Of a stretch of 64,000 nt of DNA, positions 58,119-64,000 are shown piece by piece. A model generated the notes under the pieces. It had not been told where the DNA came from. It saw nothing but the letters and a program-made list of their open reading frames with translations, and made no database searches. This DNA comes from the human T2T-CHM13v2.0 reference genome, Homo sapiens. A program made the position numbers and the translations under genes. Each line of letters opens with the position of its first letter. Position 1 is the first letter of the stretch. Location: assembly GCF_009914755.1 (NCBI RefSeq), contig NC_060925.1, one strand, 5' to 3'.

Positions 58119-59273
58119 TCTAAGTAATTGGTAATAATGTGGTTTACTATGTATCAAAAACCAGAAAATTCACAGACCCTTTAAGCCATACATATTCACT
58201 CCTAGTAATTGGTTCTGGGCAAATAATCATGGATGAGTGCAAAGATTTGTTTACAAGACTGTTTATTTAGTACATATCTCTTTATAAGTAAAAACAGGAA
58301 GAGAAGGAAAATAAGTTGGAGGAGGAGTTGGAGGACAGTGAGGAGAAGGTGAAGAAAGGAAAGAAACTGATTGCCCAGCAGCAAAGTATTGGAAACTACA
58401 AAATATAAAAAACAAAATGTGGTACTCCTTACTGCACACCATCGTGCAGCCCTAAAATAAACTGCTACATTTTTTAATAGTTACAGAAGAGGATAAAAGG
58501 CATAATCACATTTTTGTGGTTTAAAAATATAATTATGAGAGACATACAACAAATTATTAGCAATTAACTGGGTGTTGGAGTTACAAGTTATTTTAATTCA
58601 TAGTCACACCTCATTTTACTGTGCTTCGCTTTAGTATGCCTTGTAGATACACGTTTTTGACAAACTGAAGGTCTGTGGCAACCCTGAAACAAGCAAGTCC
58701 GTGGGCACCATTTTTCCAACAACATGTGATCACTTTGGGTCTTTGTGTCACATTTTGGTAATTCCTGCAATATTTTAAACTTCTTCATGATTATTATATC
58801 TGTTATGCTGATCTGCAATCAGGGATATTTGATCTTACTATCATAATTGTTTTGGGGCACCACAAACCATGATCAAAGATGGGAAACTTTATCAATCAAT
58901 GTTGTGTGTGTTCTGACTGCTCTACCAACTGGCCATCCCCCATCTCTCTCCCTCTTCCTCTGGCCTCCCTATTCCTTGAGACACAAGAATGTTGAAATTA
59001 GGTCAATTAATAACCACACAATGGCCTCTAAGTGTTCAAGTGAAAGCAAGAGTCACCCATCTCTCACATTTAATCAAAAGCTAGAAGTGATTAAACTTAG
59101 TGAGGAAGGCATGTCAAAAGCTAAATCAAGCCTAAAGCTAGGCATCTTGTACCAAACAGTTACTCCAGTTATGAATGAAAAGAAAATAGTCTTCAAGGAA
59201 ATTAAAAGGGCTGCTCCAGTGAATACATAAGTAGTAAGAAAATGAAACAGCTTATTGCTGAGAAGGAGAAAGT

Positions 59274-59606
59274 TTGTTTTTGTTTCGTTTTGTTTTGTGT
59301 TTTTCTTTGTTTTATTTTAAGACAGAGTCTCACTCTGTTATCCATGCTGGAGTGCAGTGGTGCAATCAAAGCTCACTGCAGCCTCAAACTCCTGGGCTCA
59401 TGTGATCTTCCTGCCTCAGCCTCCTGAGTAGCTAGGATTCTAGGTGGGTACCACCACACCAAGCTAATCAACTAATTTTTTAATCTTTTTGTAGAAATGG
59501 GGTCTCACTATGTTGCCCTGGCTTGTCTCAACTTCCTGGGCTCAAGTGACCCTCCTGCCTTGGCCTTCCAAAGGGCTGGGTTTTGCACAAGCTAACATGA
59601 TTGGCC
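59274..59606 (-). mobile_element. AluJ (Jo-like) inside Tigger1
   Basis: cactgcagcctcaaactcctgggctca; TSD ggagaaagt at 59265-59273 and 59608-59616. Confidence 0.93.
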
Positions 59607-60820
59607 TGGAGAAAGTGTTAATGGTTTGGATAGATCAAATCAGCCACAACATTCCCTTAAAGCAAAGGCTAATTAATCTAGAGCAAGGCTTTTTCTTCAA
59701 TTTGTGAAATCTGAGAGAGATGAGGAAACTGCTGAAGAGAAGTTTAAAGTTAGCAGTTGGTTCATAAGGTTTAAGGATAGAAGGCATTTCTATAACATAA
59801 AAATGCAAGGTGAATGGCAACTGCTGATGGGGAAGCTGCAGTATGTTATCCAGAAGATCTAGCTAAGATCATTGATGAAGGTGCCTGCAGATTTTCAATG
59901 TAGACAAAACAGCCTAATACTGGAAAATGATGCCATCTAAGACTTTACTAGCTAGAGAAGAGAAGTCAATGCCTGGCTTCACAGCTTCAAAGGGCAGGCT
60001 ATCTCTCTTGTTAGGGACTAATGTAGCAGGTGACTTTAAGTAGCCAATGCTCATTTACCATTTCAAAGATCCTAGGGCCTTTAAGAATTATGTTAAATCT
60101 GTTCTGCCTATGCTCTGGAAATAAAACAGCAAAGCCTAGATGAGAGCACATCTGTTTACAGCATGGTTTACTGAATATTTTAAGCCCGCTGTTGAGATCT
60201 ACTGCTCAGAAAAAAAGATTACTTTCAAAATATTATTGTTCATTGACAATGCACCTAGTCACCCAAGAGCTCCGGGAGATATGTACAAGGAGACGAATGT
60301 TGTTTTCATGCTTGCTGACACAATATCCATTCTGCAGCCCATGGGTCAAGGAGTAATTTTAACTTTCAAGTCTTACTATTTAAGAAATACATTTTGTAAG
60401 GCTATTACTGTCACAGATAGTGATACCTTTGATGGATCTGGGCAAAGTAAATTTAAAACCTTCTGGAAAGGATTTACCATTTTAGATGTCATTAAGAACA
60501 TTCATGATTCATGAGAGGAGTTCAAAATATCAACACTAATAGGTGTTTAGAAGAAGTTGATTCCAACTTTCATGGATGACTTTGAGGGGTTCAAGACATC
60601 AGTGAAGGAAGTAACTGCGGATGTGGTGTAAATAGCAACAGAACTGGAATTAGAAGTGGAGCCTAAAGATGGCACTGAATTGCTGCAATCTCATGATAAA
60701 ACTTCAATGGATGAGGAGTTGTTTCTCATGAATGAGCGAAGGAAGTGGTTTCTTGGGATGGAATCTACTCCTAATGAAGATGCTGTAAACATTGTTAAAG
60801 TGACAATGGAGGATTTAGAA

Positions 60821-61044
60821 CAAGCTTGTCCAACCTTCAGCACATGATCCTCATGCAGCCAAGGATGGTTTTGAATGTGGCCCAACACAAATTCATAAAC
60901 TTTGTTAAAACATTATGAGGTTCTTTTCCTAAATTTTTTTTAGCTCATCAGCTATTGTTAGTGTTAGTGTACTTTATGTGTGACCCAAGACAATTCCTCT
61001 TGTTCCAATGTGGCCCAAGGAAGCCAAAAGATTGGACACCCCTG
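60821..61044 (-). mobile_element. MER30 hAT-Charlie MITE inside Tigger1
   Basis: caagcttgtccaacc...ggcccaacacaaattc...gattggacacccctg; imperfect TSD (a)tttagaa on both sides. Confidence 0.9.
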
Positions 61045-61705
61045 AATTTTAGAACATTATATGAACTTAGTTGATAAAGCAGTGTCAGGGTTTGAGAGGA
61101 CTGACTCCAATTCTGAAAGCTGTTCTACTGTGGGAAAGATGCTATCAAAAAGCATTGAAACATCTTTTGTGAAAGGAAGAGTCAATCAATGCAGCAAACT
61201 TCATTATTGTCTTATTTTAAGAAATTGCCACAGCCACCTCAAACCCTGATCAGTCAGCAGCCATCAACATCAAGGCAAGACCCTCCACCAGCATGACTCA
61301 CTGAAGGCTCAGATGACTCATTGAAGGCTCAGGTGATTGTTAGAATTTGTTACCAGTAAAATATTTTTAAATTAAGGTATGTATTTTTTAGCCATAATGC
61401 CATTGCATGCTTAATAGACTACAGTGTAGTGTTAACATAACTTTCGTGTCCACTGAGCACTAAAAAATTCATGTGACTCATTTTATTGAGATAATTGCTT
61501 TATTGTGGTGGTCTGGAATCAAGCCCACAATATCTCTAAAGTGTGCCAGTAATTTCTCTATTTTTAAAATTTTCTACAGAAAGCATGACTTTTATATCAA
61601 AATCTTAAAAATATTCTATTTTTCATGATAAGATTTCGATCAAAACTGAATATACTATTAGACTCTCTTCAGGTTAATATTTCTTCATCAGAATTATTTG
61701 ACCAT

Positions 61706-62127
61706 TGTATTCCTCTGTTCTCACGCTGCCAATAAAGACATACCCAAGACTGGGTAATTTACAAAAGAAAGAGGTTTAATTGACTCAATTCAGCATGGCT
61801 GGGGAGGCCTCAGGAAACTTACAATCATGGCGGAAGGGGAAACAAACACAACCTCTTTCACATGGTGGCACGAGAGAGAAGTGCACAGCAAAGGCAGGAA
61901 ATCCCCTTATAAAACTATCAGGTCTCATGAGGACTCACTCACTATCAGGAGAACACCATGAGGGTAACCGCCTGCATGATTAAATTACTTCCCACTTGAC
62001 CCCTCCCACTACACATGGGGATTATGGTGTGACTCTGCTTTAACCACTCATGAGGGCCATTTGTGAGGTCTACTAGAAACTATAATTCAAGATGAGATTT
62101 GGGTAGGAACACAACCAAACCGTATCA
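61706..62127 (-). mobile_element. THE1 (THE1D-like) solo LTR with an internal ~50-bp non-LTR insert
   Basis: TG...CA ends and a perfect 5-bp TSD accat at 61701-61705 and 62128-62132; 422 bp long. Confidence 0.93.
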
Positions 62128-62229
62128 ACCATCATCTTTTAACCAGTTCTGAGGAGTATATCTGCTTACTGAGGGCAGAGTGGGCACAACTACTGTGCTC
62201 ATAGGTTGGTACATAGATGTTATTTCAGA

Positions 62230-62510
62230 CGATCTTCAAAACAGTCTTATATGTTATGAACTCTTAGTACTCTCATTTTACAGATGAAGAAACTGAGATT
62301 TGGCTAGATTAAGTAACTAGCCCATGGTCAACAAGTAAATGATGAGAGAAACTGAGTGAAGGTTTCTTGAGATCCCTCTGTATTATTTCTTACAACTGCT
62401 TGTGAACCAACAACCATCTCAAAATAAAAGGTTTAATTTTTTTTTTTTAGAGGAAGCAATTGGCAGAGCAAGGATTCACACATAACCCTGTCTGATTCCA
62501 ATGCCTGTAC
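62230..62510. mobile_element. MIR (minus) interrupted by a short L1M 3' end (plus, ~62340-62440)
   Basis: ttttacagatgaagaaactgag...aagtaactagcccatggtca; tctgtattatttcttacaactgcttgtgaa...ctcaaaataaaa. Confidence 0.7.
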
Positions 62511-63704
62511 ATTCTCAGTCACACCAGTGCTAAATTGGCATTGTGTTGCTGCTATCTGGCCTTTTTCTGAACCTTGCCTACTCAGACACTCTGAGTGACT
62601 TTGTGGGAACTTTGCTAACTCCTGGCGAGCTGTCCTCCATGGTGTGACTCTGCTTAAACCTCTCGCAAAGGCCATTTGCCAGGTCCACTAGGAGTGGCGG
62701 AGGGGCAGCCTGCCGGTTTTGGTGCCAAGGAGGAGCAGAGTAAAGGAGGTAAGAGTCAGTGGGCATTTTGCCTGACTGAGGACTCTGGGATTGGACCCTC
62801 AATAGATATGCAAATTGAATTCTGTGTAATTTGTGCTTTTCAATAACCTCAGCATGTGTTGGATGTGTACAAAAAGAGCCGTAAAATAAAATTGCAGACA
62901 AAGGGGGGAGTCAGAACATAGAAAGGGGAAGAATCAGTTTATTCCACAAGCCAAACAATGGGTCATAATAAATTCGCCAGCCATTAGCTCTTTGGTTGCA
63001 TGGAACAAAGAGATTGAAATGAAATGGGAGAAAAAAAGAATCACAGTTAACTGTTAGGTGGCTGGCCTGCTTCCATTTGGCCAACCAGACAGATCACAGG
63101 ATGGGCCAGGGAGCTGCCCAGGGGCATCTGCTACCTCCATGGGGCAGCTCCCACTGGTTTGCAACCCAGCCATGGCTCTTCCATATGTTTAGGTGTCATC
63201 AGGGCAGTTTTTCATTAGGAAAAGCATGCAATAAAAAGATGCAGTTGTGTTTTAATCAGCCATCAGTTAATCCATAGTTACATGTCCCCAAAAGAATGAT
63301 AAGATATGGTATAAAAGAAGAAATAAAGGGATCTAAAGTGAAAAACAGACAGAGGTGTGCAGAAAGAAAATAAAGGAGAAGCAGAGAGAAAGAAGAGAGA
63401 GAAATTGACAGAGATAATAATAACCAGAACTACTATTGCCAGTGCTGCCACTCCAACCAACAGTTTCATCATCATTTTTGAGTGTCAGCTGTGGCCTCAA
63501 ACCCAAAGAGTATGAACAGAGAATGCAGCCCTGGCAGAACAGATACCTGGCATCCCTCCACACACTCCTAGGAGCCCTGTGAAGATGGCTGTGAACCCAT
63601 CTTCTGGCCTGAGCATGTCTCAATCACTAAACTTCCCACATTCAATCTTAGTTACCTTTTCATCTGTTCATCCTCCTAATGTACTCCAAGGTCGTTGACA
63701 GCAG

Positions 63705-63872
63705 GATGTAGAGTTCACCTGCATATCCTAAATGCCAAGCATTGAGCCTGACCCATTTTAGGCACTCCAACAATATTTACAAAATGAATGAATGAGTTTT
63801 GCATGAATGGATGGATGGATCAATGAATGGATGGGTGGATGGCTGAATGAATAAATGAAGAAATGAATAAAT
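63705..63872 (+). repeat. L2 3' end running into (GAAT)n/(GGAT)n repeats
   Basis: taggcactccaacaatatttac then atgaatgaatg...gatggatggat... Confidence 0.75.
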
Positions 63873-64000
63873 GCCAAGCTTGCTAATCTTCACACTAGGT
63901 CAGTGAGTTAGCTGTTATTGATCCCATTTACAAATGAAAAAAATAATGCCTAGAGAAAGTCAAGTCTTGACTCTTTATCCTGTAAAATAGCATCACTCAA

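Larger units (their letters stand above)
58601..61549 (+). mobile_element. Tigger1 (TcMar-pogo) DNA transposon, near full length, decayed transposase
   Basis: Degenerate TIRs (tagtcacacctc.../...aaagtgtgccag+TA); transposase fragments LTFNQKLEVIKLSEEGMSKA and [11 protein letters not shown]...[10 protein letters not shown]. Confidence 0.93.

Noticed and set aside
58847-60847. Domesticated TIGD/CENPB-like transposase
   Set aside because: Fragmented by stops, an Alu and a MER30; the QPMDQG catalytic Asp reads Gly.

Overview
This is primate (human-like) non-genic or deep-intronic DNA made mostly of interspersed repeats. I found no host protein-coding exon, RNA gene or CpG-island promoter, and every long ORF in the track is transposon-derived. 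The main elements are: (1) a full-length L1PA2-type LINE-1 (6843-12908) with disrupted ORF1, ORF2 and ORF0, nested in an ancient L1M that also holds an L1MD-like 3' end and an MST LTR; (2) a complete THE1B-like provirus (51515-53739) inside an L1MA 3' end; (3) a 5'-truncated older L1PA (54710-57332) splitting a MER5; (4) a near full-length Tigger1 (58601-61549) carrying an AluJ and a MER30; and (5) further Alus, many MaLR/ERVL solo LTRs, MIR/L2 remnants and microsatellites. I do not see a new gene system. The most unusual signals are footprints of local sequence copying: a ~530-bp non-tandem duplication whose second copy has a 15-bp target-site duplication (TSD) but no poly(A); a 53-bp piece of nearby flank pasted into a THE1 LTR; a direct-inverted-direct micro-triplication; and two L1s with apparent 3' transductions. 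Subfamily names come from remembered consensus sequences, and boundaries of old repeats are approximate.
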